Below the pieces are notes generated by a model. The model was given only the letters and a program-made list of their open reading frames with translations, ran no database searches and was not told where the DNA came from. A stretch of 47,657 nt of DNA, taken from contig JAIEFH010000041.1 of assembly GCA_029067025.1 (NCBI GenBank), forward strand, positions 1 through 47,657, given 5' to 3'. Every line of letters begins with the position of its first letter. Position 1 is the first letter of the stretch. Made by a program: the position numbers and the translations under genes. Source of the DNA: Oscillospiraceae bacterium. GTDB lineage: Bacteria; Bacillota; Clostridia; Oscillospirales; Oscillospiraceae. Of this stretch, positions 47,445 to 47,657 are shown piece by piece.

Positions 47445-47657
47445 TTAGTCCTCCTTAAATTCGGTGAAGTCATCGCCCGCGCCGGTATTGGTCAGGGCGG
47501 GGCGTTTGTCGGTGTTGGGAACGAGGGTGGGACGGCCCTGGGGTTTCTCCACCAGGGAGCCGAGGATGCGGTTGAACTCTTTCTTGGACATCAACTTCTC
47601 CATCTCGGTGATGGGGATGAGGCTCTTTCTGAAAATGTCGGTGTACCCGGCATCCTT
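47445..47657 (-). CDS. DUF2800 family phage protein, C-terminus (partial)
   Basis: Own translation ITEMEKLMSKKEFNRILG.LVEKPQGRPTLVP.TDKRPA; usual position before DUF2815 and PolA. Confidence 0.85.
   Translation of the reverse strand, partial: KDAGYTDIFRKSLIPITEMEKLMSKKEFNRILGSLVEKPQGRPTLVPNTDKRPALTNTGAGDDFTEFKED

Larger units (their letters stand above)
28030..47657. mobile_element. Composite, largely decayed island of ICE, IME, IS and prophage segments
   Basis: Dense mobile-element genes and fragments, abrupt composition shifts, no core genes. Confidence 0.85.

Noticed and set aside
1-47657. rRNA, complete tRNA, cas, reverse transcriptase or restriction-modification genes
   Set aside because: None recognised by eye on either strand; tRNAscan-SE, Infernal and HMM searches would be needed to exclude them formally.

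Overview
High-GC Clostridia chromosome segment, probably Oscillospiraceae-like (inferred from gene content and codon style). Positions 1 to about 13.7 kb are mostly housekeeping: PFL/ACT, GNAT, yfbR, mtaB, mscS, tmk, a GlcNAc/glucose PTS, SPFH/NfeD, a THUMP RNA methylase and a lipid kinase, interrupted by an AT-rich TetR-flavodoxin-FMN-binding cassette. From 13.7 to 28 kb is accessory: glgA with a 9x39-bp repeat, a DUF3089 lipoprotein, a CofE-like ligase, a TauE/prenol-kinase-like fusion, a two-component system, and a glycine-repeat surface protein behind two tandem c-di-GMP-I-type riboswitch aptamers. The first aptamer carries a dispersed hairpin repeat inside its P3 stem. From 28 kb to the end is a graveyard of mobile elements (relaxase, IS3, integrase, ICE VirD4/VirB2/VirB6/ParA/NlpC, TnpX-like and phage PolA fragments), often joined into chimeric ORFs. 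Two modules stand out in this region. One is an Rpn-type nuclease with a likely intragenic antitoxin start. The other is an intact 7-gene module at 30658-36970: XRE regulator, catalytically dead resolvase domain, a large serine recombinase whose Zn-ribbon/coiled-coil is replaced by another domain, two stand-alone paralogues of that domain, and two ParB-fold proteins. This module is the best candidate for an undescribed system. All family assignments come from motif recognition by eye; no database search was run.
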